NCBI GenBank assembly: GCA_963796055.1
Contig: CAWCKH010000004.1
Span: forward strand, 2,176,001-2,240,000
DNA length: 64,000 nucleotides
Origin: an uncultured delta proteobacterium
GTDB lineage: Bacteria > Myxococcota > Myxococcia > Myxococcales > Myxococcaceae
Direction: 5' to 3'
Below the pieces are notes generated by a model. It searched no databases and was not told the DNA's origin. It was given only the letters and a program-made list of their open reading frames with translations. The position numbers and the translations under genes are program-made. Positions 1 to 9,576 of the stretch are shown piece after piece. The first letter of the stretch is position 1. Every line of letters begins with the position of its first letter.

Positions 1-632
1 TCCAGGCGGGGGCGAAGGACGCGGTCGGCAACCAGGCCATCCTCTCGGCCGGGACGGGGCTGGGGATGGCCGGGCTCTACTGGGACGGGCAGCGTCACCA
101 CCCCTTCGCCACCGAGGGAGGTCACGCGGACTTCGCTCCCCGGAACCGGCTCGAGGCGGACGTGATGGAGGACATCGCCCGGGAGAAGGGGCGGGTGAGC
201 GTCGAGCGGGTCCTGTCCGGCGGTGGGCTGGTGCGCGTCTACCGCTTCCTCCGCGCGCGTTCGGGAGAGGCCGAGCCGGCGGCGCTGACCGAGCGATTCG
301 CGAAGGAGGACCCGGCGGCGGTGGTGTCCCACTGTGCGCTCGACGCGGTGGACCCGGTGTGCGTACAGGCGCTGGACCTCTTCGTCTCGGTCTACGGGGC
401 GGAGGCAGGGAACGTCGCCCTGCGGATGCTCGCCACCGGCGGGGTCTTCCTCGGCGGTGGCATCGCACCGAAGATCCTCCCCCGATTCAAGCGGGATGGG
501 CTGTTCATGACCGCGTTCCTGGACAAGGGCCGGATGGGCCCGTTGCTCGAGACCATCCCGGTGCTGGTGGTGCTCAACGACCGGGCGGCGCTCTGGGGGG
601 CGGCGCACTGCGCGGCCTTCGACGAGAGCTGA
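1..632 (+). CDS. glk: Glucokinase (5'-partial, runs off window)
   Basis: Frame is open from base 3: AILSAGTGLGM...TEGGHADFAP...SVERVLSGGGL...GGVFLGGGIAPKI, characteristic of Glk; precedes pgl and rpe. Confidence 0.93.
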   Translation, partial: QAGAKDAVGNQAILSAGTGLGMAGLYWDGQRHHPFATEGGHADFAPRNRLEADVMEDIAREKGRVSVERVLSGGGLVRVYRFLRARSGEAEPAALTERFAKEDPAAVVSHCALDAVDPVCVQALDLFVSVYGAEAGNVALRMLATGGVFLGGGIAPKILPRFKRDGLFMTAFLDKGRMGPLLETIPVLVVLNDRAALWGAAHCAAFDES

Positions 633-640
633 GGTGGGCG

Positions 641-1378
641 ATGCCGGGGCCGACCCTTCGAGTGCTGGAGGACAAGGACGCGGTGGCCCGCACTGCGGCG
701 CAATGGGTGCATGACCGCGCCTGGGCCGCGGCGAATGCCCGGGGGCGCTTCACCCTGGCGCTCTCCGGCGGGACGACGCCGCGGGCGCTCTACAAGCAGA
801 TGGCGGCCGGTCCCCGGCTGCCCTGGGACCGGATGGTGTTCTGCTTCGGCGACGAGCGGAACGTCCCCCCCGACCACCCGGAGAGCAACGCCCGGATGGC
901 GCGCGAGGCGCTGACCGGACTGCCGTTCGTGAACCAGTCGAGCGTGTACCGCATCCGGGGTGAGCTCCCGGCCGAGGAGGCGGCGGCCGACTACGAGCAG
1001 ATGCTGCGCACGCTGTTCCCCGGAACCACGACCTTCCCCAGCTTCGACCTCGTGCTGCTCGGGCTCGGGCCGGACGGACACACCGCCTCGCTGTTCCCGT
1101 ACTCCCCCGCGCTGGCCGAGCGGTCCCGCTGGGTGGTGGCGAACTGGGTGGAGAAGCTCCGGATGAAGCGGATCACCCTGACCTTCCCGGTGCTGAATGC
1201 GGCGTCCGAGGTGCTGTTCCTGGTGACCGGCGAGGACAAGTCGTGGGCCCTCCGGGAGACCCTCCGGGGGAAGGCGCCGGTGGTGGAGCTCCCCGCGCGG
1301 GGCGTCGTGCCCACCTCGGGCCGCCTCACCTTCCTGGTGGACCGCGCGGCCGCAGCCGGGCTAGGTGAGTCCACCTGA
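641..1378 (+). CDS. pgl: 6-phosphogluconolactonase
   Basis: LALSGGTTP, FGDERNVPPDHPESN and LLGLGPDGHTASLFP motifs; ATG at 641 after GAGGTGG. Confidence 0.95.
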   Translation: MPGPTLRVLEDKDAVARTAAQWVHDRAWAAANARGRFTLALSGGTTPRALYKQMAAGPRLPWDRMVFCFGDERNVPPDHPESNARMAREALTGLPFVNQSSVYRIRGELPAEEAAADYEQMLRTLFPGTTTFPSFDLVLLGLGPDGHTASLFPYSPALAERSRWVVANWVEKLRMKRITLTFPVLNAASEVLFLVTGEDKSWALRETLRGKAPVVELPARGVVPTSGRLTFLVDRAAAAGLGEST

Positions 1379-1380
1379 GC

Positions 1381-2055
1381 GTGAAGATCCTCCCGTCCAT
1401 CCTGGCGGCTGACTACTGGCGGCTGGGCGAGCAGGTTGCCGACGCCGAGCGAGGCGGGGCGGACCGCTTCCACATCGACATCATGGACGGGCTGTTCGTG
1501 CCCAACCTGTCGCTGGGGATTCCCATCGTCGAGGCGATGCGGCGGGGGACGAAGCTGCCCCTGGAGATCCACCTGATGATCGAGCGGCCGGAGCGGTACA
1601 CCGCCGACTTCATCAAGGCGGGAGGCGACCTCCTGATCCTCCACCAGGAGGCGACGCCGAACCTGCACCGCGCGATCCAGCAGGTGCGTCAGGCTGGAAA
1701 GCAGGTCGGGGTGGGGCTGAACCCGGCAACGCCGCTCGGCATGGTCGAGGACGTCGTGGAGAGCCTGGACCTCTTGCTCCTGATGACGGTGAACCCGGGC
1801 TTCGGCGGGCAGAAGTTCATCCACGAGGTGCTACCAAAGCTGACCCGGGCGCGGTCGCTCCTCCAGCAGCGGGCGCCGCGCTGCGAGCTGGAGGTGGACG
1901 GCGGCGTCGACCTCGTGACAGGGCCACTCGCCGTGGCGGCGGGTGCCGACGTGCTGGTGGCGGGAACGTGCGTCTTCGCCCACCCGGGCGGACCGGGCGC
2001 CGGCGTGCAGGCGCTCCGCGAGGCGGTGAAGCGCGGTCCGTCGGCGTCGATCTAG
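1381..2055 (+). CDS. rpe: Ribulose-phosphate 3-epimerase
   Basis: PSILAAD, HIDIMDGLFVPN, EIHLMI, MTVNPGFGGQKF and EVDGGV motifs. Confidence 0.96.
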   Translation: MKILPSILAADYWRLGEQVADAERGGADRFHIDIMDGLFVPNLSLGIPIVEAMRRGTKLPLEIHLMIERPERYTADFIKAGGDLLILHQEATPNLHRAIQQVRQAGKQVGVGLNPATPLGMVEDVVESLDLLLLMTVNPGFGGQKFIHEVLPKLTRARSLLQQRAPRCELEVDGGVDLVTGPLAVAAGADVLVAGTCVFAHPGGPGAGVQALREAVKRGPSASI

Positions 2056-2126
2056 AATCCGGGGCGGCTTCAGGCGTGCTGGGGGCCGACCCGCCCATCC
2101 CGCTGTTGCCTCCGGGCCAGTCGCGC

Positions 2127-2456
2127 TCAGCCGAGGCACTTCTCGAGCTTCATGATCTGCTGCTCCCAGCTGCGGCGTGCGTTCTCGGTCCAGCTCGGGT
2201 CGTGCATGACGTCGTTGGTGGTCAGCAGCCGCGTCGCGCCTCCCGGGACGGGTGACATCTCGACCACGGTGGTCGTCCGGTACGGCGCGACACCGGGGAC
2301 GAAGTCGATGGCGTTGCTATACACCAGCCGCCGATTCGCCTGGACCTCGGTGTAGTCGCCACGCGCCATGGGCGTGGTCCACATCCCCCAGACCTTCTCC
2401 GGGCTTGCCTTGAGCACCCGCTCCAGGGTGAAGGTCTTCTTCTCCGTCTCGCTCAT
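2127..2456 (-). CDS. SRPBCC/AHSA1-domain protein, short and probably internally deleted
   Basis: LERVLKASPEKVWGMWTT N-terminus and C-terminal W..Q..KL helix; only 109 aa; coupled to an ArsR gene, as is typical. Confidence 0.75.
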   Translation of the reverse strand: MSETEKKTFTLERVLKASPEKVWGMWTTPMARGDYTEVQANRRLVYSNAIDFVPGVAPYRTTTVVEMSPVPGGATRLLTTNDVMHDPSWTENARRSWEQQIMKLEKCLG

Positions 2457-2805
2457 GTTTCGTCCTCCTCGAGTGCGTTTGCCAGTCGATCCAGCCGCCC
2501 GTTCCAGTGATTCCTGAGCCGGTCAATCCACTCCGCCGCCTCCTCCAGTGGCCGGGGTTGCGCGACAGGAAGTGCTCCCGCCCGACGCGCCGCCGCTTCA
2601 CCAGCTGCGCCCGCTCGAGGATGCGAATGTGTTTCGAGACCGAGTTGAGGGAGATGTCGAAGGGCGCCGCGAGGTCGGTGACTCGCGCCTCGCCCTCGGA
2701 GAGCCGAAGGAGGATGGCCCGCCGGGTGGGGTCGGCGAGGGCGCCGAGGGTGCGGCCCAGCCTGGTCGAGGCATTCCGGGTCAAGCACCCTGCAGCGAGT
2801 TGCAC
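2453..2805 (-). pseudogene. ArsR/SmtB-family regulator with 1-bp frameshift (real or assembly error)
   Basis: ALADPTRRAIL...SKHIRILERAQLV...GREH in one frame continues as PLEEAAEWIDRLRNHWNGRLDRL in another; break at G-run 2554-2557. Confidence 0.85.
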
Positions 2806-2815
2806 CGTCCCGGTC

Positions 2816-3340
2816 TCAGGACGCCGTGTCTTGCCCGAGCGCCTGCTGTGCCTCGGCGACCCCGGCGTCCGCTTTCCCGTTCTGGAGCACCTGCACCAGG
2901 CGGGTGTTCACCTCGCCGAGCCGCCGGGCGAGGAGCTTCGCCAGCCCGTGGGCGATCTTCAGCGCGGCCACGTTCCCACTCGACAGCCGCGAGCGGAGCG
3001 CCGGGCCCGGCACCGTGGCGAACGTGACCGGGCCGACGGAGATCGCCGAGGCGCTGCGTTTTCCGCCTGCCTCCAGCACCGCCATCTCCCCGAGCACCGC
3101 CGGCGCCGAGACCACGGATAAAATCTGGTGTCTGCCGCCCGGGTCCCGCTTCACCACCTGCGCCGAGCCGGAGAGCAGGAGGACCAGAGCGTCCCCTGCA
3201 TCCCCTTCGCGAAACAGCGGGAGCTGCGCCTCCAGCGTCTTCAGCTCCCCGAGCCCGGCGACCTCGGCCCGCTCCGCCTCGCTCAGTCCCGAGAGCAGTG
3301 GAACTGCCCGGAGTGCCTCGGGCGTGGGTCGCTCGCTCAT
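2816..3340 (-). CDS. Stand-alone cyclic nucleotide-binding domain protein
   Basis: VPLLSGLS, LFREGDAGDALVLLLSG, LGEMAVLE..KRSASA; no HTH; ATG overlaps the helicase stop (ATGA). Confidence 0.88.
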   Translation of the reverse strand: MSERPTPEALRAVPLLSGLSEAERAEVAGLGELKTLEAQLPLFREGDAGDALVLLLSGSAQVVKRDPGGRHQILSVVSAPAVLGEMAVLEAGGKRSASAISVGPVTFATVPGPALRSRLSSGNVAALKIAHGLAKLLARRLGEVNTRLVQVLQNGKADAGVAEAQQALGQDTAS

Positions 3341-5223
3341 CGGCGCCTCGCCCGCTCCAGCCGGAGCGACTTCTCGCCCCGCTTCTGCCCGTCGAGCTTC
3401 TCGAAGACTGCCGCGTCCTCCTCGGCGACGAAGGCGTAGCTGTAGGTCTGCTTGACGTCGACCCGCTGAACCTTCCCGGCCGGTGCGCCCATGCCCTCGA
3501 GCATCGCGGTGATGCCCGCGGCGTCCAGTCCCTCGGAGCTCCCCACGTTCATCCACAGCCGGACCTGACCGGGCGTCCCGGGCTCCGGCGCCGCCGGCGC
3601 CGCCCCTTCCTCGGGCCGGTCTCGACGGGGAGGGCGCTCCCGGCGCTCGCGCCCACCGGAGCGCTCGTCCCGGCCGGACCGCTCGCCGCGCTCGGGTCGT
3701 TCGCCCCGGTCGCCGCGCTCGCCGCGGTCCTCGCGCCTGGGCCGGTCGCCCCGGGAACGCTCCCGATCGCGCGGGGGCCTCGCCGGCGCCGGTGGAGCCT
3801 CCGGAATCCCGGCCGCCTTCAGCTTCTCCATTCTCAGGTGACTGAAGAAGTACTTGAGCAGATAGGCGATGGCGTCGTCGGCGTCGGGCCGCTGCCGCAA
3901 GGTCCCCGCCAGGCCGAGGTAACCTTCGTAGACGCTGCCGGCCGCCGCGGACTGGATCTCCCGGACGTGGCGCTCGGTCCACATCCGCATCGCGTCCTCG
4001 GGGGACGGCATCTCGCGCTTCTCGAACCTGATGCCGTACTTCTTCTCCAGCGCGGTGAACGTCCCCAGCTCCCTGCCGGAGATGAGGTTGATCGCCGTAC
4101 CCTTCTTCCCGATGCGCCCCGTCCGCCCGACCCGGTGGAGGTACACCGCCGGATCCTCGGGCAGCGAGTAGTTGATGACGTACTGCAGGTCGGAGATGTC
4201 GATCCCGCGGGCGGCGATGTCGGTGGCCACCATGAAGGCCACCTCGCCCCGCTTCACCTTGCCCATCACCCGCTCCCGCTCCTTCTGGGGCAGGTCGCCG
4301 TTGAGCAGCTCGGCGTCGAAGCCGTTCCGGTTCAGCACCGCGGTCACCAGCGCCGTGTCGTCCCGAGTGTTGCAGAAGACGATGGCGTTGTCCGGCTCCT
4401 CCATCTCCAGCACGTAGATGAGGTTCCGCGGCTTGGGGTAGGCGTCGCTGACGTCGTAACGGACGTGGTGGATGTGGTCGACGGTGAGGACGTCGCCAGA
4501 GAGCATCAGCAACTCCGGCGAGGTGGTGTACTGGCTGATGAGGTTCTGGATCTCCGGCGGCACGGTGGCGCTGAACAGCAAGACTTGTCGGTCCTTCGGG
4601 AGCTGGTCGAGGATCCGGGTGACCTCCTCGTAGAACCCCTGGTTCAGCATCTCGTCGGCCTCGTCCAGCACCACGTGCCGGCAGCCCTGGAGCTTGAGGT
4701 TCTTCCGCCGGATGTGGTCGTAGATCCGCCCCGGCGTGCCGACCACGATCGGCGAGCCGCTCACCAGCGCGTCCTCCTGATCCTTCATCGACGCGCCGCC
4801 GTAGATGGCCGTGACCCGGACGCCCTTGTACTTGGCGAGATCTTGAAGCTCGGCGGCGACCTGGAGCGCCAGCTCGCGGGTGGGGCAGAGGACCAGCGCG
4901 CGGACGGCCTTGTCCTCGGGGTCCATCTTCTCCAGCAGGGGGAGCCCGAAGGCCGCGGTCTTTCCCGTCCCGGTCTTGCTCCGGACGATGAGGTCCTTGC
5001 CCTGCATCACCGGGTCGAAGGCCTGGGCCTGGACCGGAGTGGGGTGGGTGTAGCCGCGGTCCACCAGCGCGCGCCGCATCTCGGGGGAGAGCGCCAGGTC
5101 CTCGAAGCCCACCTCGGCCAGGTACTCGGCCGGCCGCTCGGGGGTGGCCGGTTCGGCGGCCGGAGGCGCTTCGGAAGGCACCGGAATTTCGCCGCGTTCG
5201 GGCGCGGACGGGTTGTCACTCAT
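3337..5223 (-). CDS. deaD: DEAD-box RNA helicase with C-terminal DbpA-type RNA-binding domain (DeaD/CsdA-like)
   Basis: Q motif, KTGTGKT, PTRELA, DEAD, SAT, ARGID, HRVGRTGR; Arg-rich linker; DbpA-like C-terminus. Confidence 0.93.
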   Translation of the reverse strand: MSDNPSAPERGEIPVPSEAPPAAEPATPERPAEYLAEVGFEDLALSPEMRRALVDRGYTHPTPVQAQAFDPVMQGKDLIVRSKTGTGKTAAFGLPLLEKMDPEDKAVRALVLCPTRELALQVAAELQDLAKYKGVRVTAIYGGASMKDQEDALVSGSPIVVGTPGRIYDHIRRKNLKLQGCRHVVLDEADEMLNQGFYEEVTRILDQLPKDRQVLLFSATVPPEIQNLISQYTTSPELLMLSGDVLTVDHIHHVRYDVSDAYPKPRNLIYVLEMEEPDNAIVFCNTRDDTALVTAVLNRNGFDAELLNGDLPQKERERVMGKVKRGEVAFMVATDIAARGIDISDLQYVINYSLPEDPAVYLHRVGRTGRIGKKGTAINLISGRELGTFTALEKKYGIRFEKREMPSPEDAMRMWTERHVREIQSAAAGSVYEGYLGLAGTLRQRPDADDAIAYLLKYFFSHLRMEKLKAAGIPEAPPAPARPPRDRERSRGDRPRREDRGERGDRGERPERGERSGRDERSGGRERRERPPRRDRPEEGAAPAAPEPGTPGQVRLWMNVGSSEGLDAAGITAMLEGMGAPAGKVQRVDVKQTYSYAFVAEEDAAVFEKLDGQKRGEKSLRLERARRR

Positions 5224-5317
5224 CGGGCACGGGCTTAATCCCTCCCGTACACCCTGGCAATCGCGTGCCCTGGGGTCCTGCTAGAAGCAATCCGCCCAGC
5301 AGTCGGTCCGTCACACC

Positions 5318-6511
5318 ATGGCCCGTCCACCGAAGAAGCCAGGGAAGCCACGCCGCAAGGCGGCCACCCGTCCACCCACGTCCGGCGCACGTCCCGCAGG
5401 TGGAGCAGCGCGCACCGGCGGGCGCGTCCGGGCAGCCCGGAGGACGCACCCCGAGCCCGAGGAGATCCGCGAGGCCCGTCCGGTCGACGACGCCGAGGAG
5501 AGCCGGAAGGAGGCCGAGGAGACCGCGGAGGCGACCGAGCCGGCCGAGGTCGCGGAGCCGACGGAACCCGACGGCGAGGACCTCGCCGAGCTCGAGCCGG
5601 TGGCCGAGTCCGCGGCGGTCACCCCCGCCCGCCCCGCGGACCGTGGCATCGCGCGGGCCGATCCGATGTCGGCCTACATGGCCGAGGTGCAGCGCCACCC
5701 CCTCCTGTCCCGCGAGGACGAGCAGCAGCTCGCAAGGCGCTACCGGAGCACCGGGGACCTGGACGCCGCGGCCCGGCTGGTCTCGGCCAATCTCCGCCTG
5801 GTGGTGAAGCTGGCCCACGAGTACCACCGGAATCCTCTCTCGCTGCTCGATCTGGTGCAGGAGGGGAACATCGGCCTGATGCAGGCGGTGAAGAAGTTCG
5901 ATCCCGAGCGCGGGGTGAAGCTCTCCACCTACGCCGCCTGGTGGATCCGCGCGTACATCCTTCGCTACATCATGGACAACTGGAAGATGGTGAAGCTGGG
6001 GACCACCGAGGCCCAGCGGAAGCTCTTCTTCAAGTTGCGCCAGGAACAGGAGCGGCTGCTCAAGCAGGGCTACGAGGCCACCCCCAAGCTGCTCGCCGAG
6101 CGGCTGAACGTCACCGAGCAGGACGTGGTGGAGATGGACCAGCGCCTCGGCCCGGACGAGGTCTCGATCGACGCCCCGGTGGGCGAGGACGGGGACGCGA
6201 CCCGCGGCGACCGCATCCTCCCGGCGAGCGGCTTCCCCGCCGCGGACGAGCGACTCGCCACGGAGGAGCTGAAGCGCCTCTTCCGCCAGAAGCTCGAGGC
6301 CTTCGGAGCGACGCTGCAGGGCAAGGAGAAGTACATCTTCGAGAAGCGCCTCACCGCCGACGAGCCGATGACCCTGCAGGACATCGGCAGCCACTTCGGC
6401 TTCTCACGCGAGCGGGCGCGGCAGATCGAGGCGGGGGTGGTGGACCGGATGCGCGACTTCGTCCGCTCGGAGATGCCGGACTTCGACCTGATCGCCGAGC
6501 CGAAGCCCTAG
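5318..6511 (+). CDS. RNA polymerase sigma factor, sigma-32 (RpoH)-like, with long basic/acidic N-terminal extension
   Basis: NLRLVVK, DLVQEGNIGLM, LSTYAAWWIRA, RpoH-box-like QRKLFFKLR, SRERARQIE; the exact myxobacterial paralogue cannot be assigned. Confidence 0.92.
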   Translation: MARPPKKPGKPRRKAATRPPTSGARPAGGAARTGGRVRAARRTHPEPEEIREARPVDDAEESRKEAEETAEATEPAEVAEPTEPDGEDLAELEPVAESAAVTPARPADRGIARADPMSAYMAEVQRHPLLSREDEQQLARRYRSTGDLDAAARLVSANLRLVVKLAHEYHRNPLSLLDLVQEGNIGLMQAVKKFDPERGVKLSTYAAWWIRAYILRYIMDNWKMVKLGTTEAQRKLFFKLRQEQERLLKQGYEATPKLLAERLNVTEQDVVEMDQRLGPDEVSIDAPVGEDGDATRGDRILPASGFPAADERLATEELKRLFRQKLEAFGATLQGKEKYIFEKRLTADEPMTLQDIGSHFGFSRERARQIEAGVVDRMRDFVRSEMPDFDLIAEPKP

Positions 6512-7792
6512 CAGGGTGTTGAGAAACCCCTGGCGGGGATCGACTCCCCGCACGGGGTCGTGATCTGCTGCATCCGGGAGGCCCCCGATGCGCGGAGACG
6601 TCAAGAAGCAGTCATCGATGCTGAGCCTGAGGAGTCCGGCGGAGCGGATTCCGTCGGACCACCCGCTGCGTCGAGTGAAGGACCTCGCGGACGGGGCCCT
6701 GTCGGTGCTCTCGCCGACGTTTGACGCCATGTACAGCAAGGTGGGGCGGCCCTCGATTCCCCCGGAGCGGCTGTTGAAGGGCTCGCTGCTGATGGCGCTG
6801 TACTCGGTACGGAGCGAGCGACTCTTCTGCGAGCAGCTCGACTACAACCTGCTCTTCCGCTGGTTCCTCGACATGGACATGGAGGAGCCGAGTCCCGACC
6901 ACAGCACCTTCTCCCTCAACCGGGAGCGGCTCTTGGAGCACGAGGTGGCCAAGCGCTTCTTCGTCGCGGTGGTTGAGCAGGCCCGGAGGGCCAAGCTGAT
7001 GAGCAACGAGCACTTCACCGTGGACGGGACGCTCATTGATGCCTGGGCGTCGCTGAAGAGCTTCCGGCCGAAGGACGAGGAGAAACCGAAGCCGCCGGAT
7101 GACCCGGGCAACCCCACCGTCAACTTCCACGGGGAGTCGCGGAGCAACGAGACGCACGCCTCGACAACAGACCCGGAGGCTCGCCTGGCAAAGAAAGGGC
7201 ACAACCGGGAGGCGCGACTCTCGTACTCGGCCAATGCGCTGATGGAGAACCGCAACGGCCTCCTGGGGGACTTCTGCATCGAGCCGGCGGATGGCCGCGC
7301 CGAACGCCGCTCCGCGGAGCAGATGCTGGAGCGAGTCGCCCAGCGCACTCGCACTCGACTCACCGTCGGCGCGGACAAGGGCTACGACGTCTCCAGCTTC
7401 ATCGAGCGGTGCAGGCAGCTCGGAGTCACCCCGCACGTGGCGCAATACTCCGAGTCTCGACGGAGGTCCGCCGTCGATGGCCGGTACCGCACGACATGCG
7501 GGCTACGCCGTCAGCCAGCGCATCCGGAAGCGCGTCGAGGAGATTTTCGGCTGGATGAAGACAGTCGGCGGCTTCCGCAAGACGCGGTACCGAGGCCGAG
7601 ACCGAACCCAGCTCGCCGCCTACTTCGTCGGAGCCGCCTACAACCTCATGCGAATCGCCCGACTGCAGCCCACGTAGTCCGCTCGATGGGGCAGCGGCCG
7701 GCCAGAACAGCCCGACTTCGGGCGTCGCCGGCCGCTCAATCCAGCAAGTCGGCCACCGCCGGCGCCCTCCGGGGGCCTTCCTCAACACCCTG
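6512..7792 (+). mobile_element. IS5-family insertion sequence, 1281 bp, with CTAG target duplication
   Basis: Terminal inverted repeats CAGGGTGTTGAG (from 6512) and CTCAACACCCTG (to 7792); CTAG at 6508-6511 and 7793-7796. Confidence 0.93.
6588..7677 (+). pseudogene. IS5-family DDE transposase, frameshifted near 7481-7486
   Basis: DHPLR/GRPSIPPE N-terminus, VDGTLI, ADKGY; the C-terminal RKRVEEIFGWMK...AYNL.R is in a different frame. Confidence 0.9.
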
Positions 7793-9208
7793 CTAGGGGT
7801 TCAGCGGCCGGATCCGGAGGTTGTCGAAGTGCACCTTCGACTCCCACCCGGAGAGCCCGAAGTACCGGTGGGCAGGGCCACGCAGCGGGTCGGGGTCGTC
7901 CAGGGTCAGGAACGGCTGACCGTCGACCAGCCAGGTGAGGACCCGGGCCTGGCGGCGGATGGTCCAGTGGTACTTCTTCCCGGGCTCCACCCGCGGGTCG
8001 GCGCGCGTCACCCGGTCGGCGGCATGCTCGTGCTGCCGGGCGATGGCGGAGAGGGTGTTCCGCCAGCCCCCCATCACCAGCACGTACCCGGTAGCGTCGT
8101 ACGCCGCGCCGAGGTTGCCGCGGTGGAACGACTGCCCGTCCCCGAAGACCTCGACCTTCATGTCGCCGTCGGGGCTGTCGGTCCACACGTCGAGGTCGAT
8201 GACCACGTCGTCGGGCATGGGCTTCCGGAGCCACACCGGGTGGTTGTGGGCGTTCTGCAACACCGCCGAGCCCTGCTGGATGGAGACCGCGCCGGGATCG
8301 GTGGCCAGCCAGTCCGGCCCCAGCTGGGCACGGTCGAAGTCATCGGAGAACGGACCCGCGGCGGGCTCGGACGGTGCGGCGGCCACCGGCGCGAAGCCTC
8401 CCCCGGTCGCCGGGGTGACCCGGAGGTCGTCGTAATAGACGTCCCACTCGCCGCTGGAGAGACCGAGCCGGTCGTGCCCCGGCCCGTTGAGCGGGAAGGG
8501 GTCGTCGAGCTCGGCCATCAGCCGCCCGTCCACCGTCCACCGCAGCGCCGAGCCACGGCGCTCGAAGCGCATCCGGTAGACGTGCGTCGGGTCGAGGGTG
8601 ACCGTCGGCGCCTCGACGCGAAGGGCGGAGTCCTTGCTGAACCCCGCCGAGCGCAGGTCTCCCGGCACCCGCGCCCGGGAGAGCCATCTCGCCAAGGGGG
8701 CGCCGTTCTCGTCCAGCCGCACCAGGCTCGGGCCGAGGCGCTGCGGCGAGCCCATCGGACTCCACGGACCGAGGACCGTCTGGTAGCCGGTGTCGGCGTC
8801 GATCCCGTTGCCGAAGAGCGTGACCCGGATCTCGCCCTCGGGGCTGATGGGCCGGGCGGACACCTCCACCACCACGTCGGGAGGGAGGGCGGCGTCGAGC
8901 CAGAGCGGGTTGTTCTTCGTGCCCGGCGAGAGCAGTTCTCCACCGATCACCCGCGGGTAACCGCCCACCGAGCGGTAGTTGCGCGCCACGGTGCCCGGGT
9001 CCGAGAAGTCGTCCGAGAAGGGCACGCGTCCAGCGGGCCTGGGCTCGCTCCGGACGAGCAGATGGAGGACCGGCAGGTTCACCAGGAAGACGACGGCGCC
9101 GATCACCAGCCAGCCCTTGCGCCCGAGCGGCGCCGGACGACCGGGGGCGACGGCTTCCGCCCCCACCTCGGTCCCAGGCGCCCCGGCCGAGGCAGGACGC
9201 CGCCTCAC
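7793..9208 (-). CDS. Membrane-anchored protein with two tandem concanavalin A/LamG-like beta-sandwich domains
   Basis: N-terminal TM segment; two similar repeats FSDDF...N.P.WL...P.DVV...DDP.PL.GP.H....D.LR. Confidence 0.7.
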   Translation of the reverse strand: MRRRPASAGAPGTEVGAEAVAPGRPAPLGRKGWLVIGAVVFLVNLPVLHLLVRSEPRPAGRVPFSDDFSDPGTVARNYRSVGGYPRVIGGELLSPGTKNNPLWLDAALPPDVVVEVSARPISPEGEIRVTLFGNGIDADTGYQTVLGPWSPMGSPQRLGPSLVRLDENGAPLARWLSRARVPGDLRSAGFSKDSALRVEAPTVTLDPTHVYRMRFERRGSALRWTVDGRLMAELDDPFPLNGPGHDRLGLSSGEWDVYYDDLRVTPATGGGFAPVAAAPSEPAAGPFSDDFDRAQLGPDWLATDPGAVSIQQGSAVLQNAHNHPVWLRKPMPDDVVIDLDVWTDSPDGDMKVEVFGDGQSFHRGNLGAAYDATGYVLVMGGWRNTLSAIARQHEHAADRVTRADPRVEPGKKYHWTIRRQARVLTWLVDGQPFLTLDDPDPLRGPAHRYFGLSGWESKVHFDNLRIRPLNP

Positions 9209-9462
9209 GGGTGTGCGCTCCGCAGCACGGCCACCAGGATCAGCAAGAGGAAGCAGAGCGCCGCCACCGCCCCGTAGGCGAGGAGGGGCCAGGCCACGTC
9301 GGTCCGGGCGAGGAGGTCTCGGGCCTCGGCCGCCTCCTTGTCGCGGGGCTGGGTGGTCAGCGCCTTCTCGGCGAGGCGCCGGGCGGCCACCACGTCGCCC
9401 ATGGTCAGTGCCTGCTGTGCCCGGCGGAGCGCCTCGGCCGGTTCGGAATCGGATGCCTTCAT
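9205..9462 (-). CDS. Small hypothetical membrane protein
   Basis: TPR-like helix pair plus C-terminal TM segment; overlaps the start of the next gene. Confidence 0.6.
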   Translation of the reverse strand: MKASDSEPAEALRRAQQALTMGDVVAARRLAEKALTTQPRDKEAAEARDLLARTDVAWPLLAYGAVAALCFLLLILVAVLRSAHP

Positions 9463-9576
9463 GTCAGGGAGATGAACGCCGGGGCCCGTCTATACACGCC
9501 CTGGAGGGCAGGATGAAGCGGGCCGCGACCGCTGTTGCAAAGGCGGGCGTGCTAAGCGAGCCCCAGGCTCCAGCGA

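Noticed and set aside
3600..3790. Repeat-like Arg/Glu/Gly-rich stretch
   Set aside because: Low-complexity coding linker typical of DEAD-box helicases, not a DNA repeat element.
5250..5275. Sigma-54 promoter (GGCACG-CGA-TTGC on the minus strand) upstream of the helicase
   Set aside because: Spacing is one base shorter than the strict -24/-12 consensus.
7470..7500. Programmed frameshift in the transposase
   Set aside because: No slippery A-run or heptamer at the break; a mutation or sequencing error is more likely.
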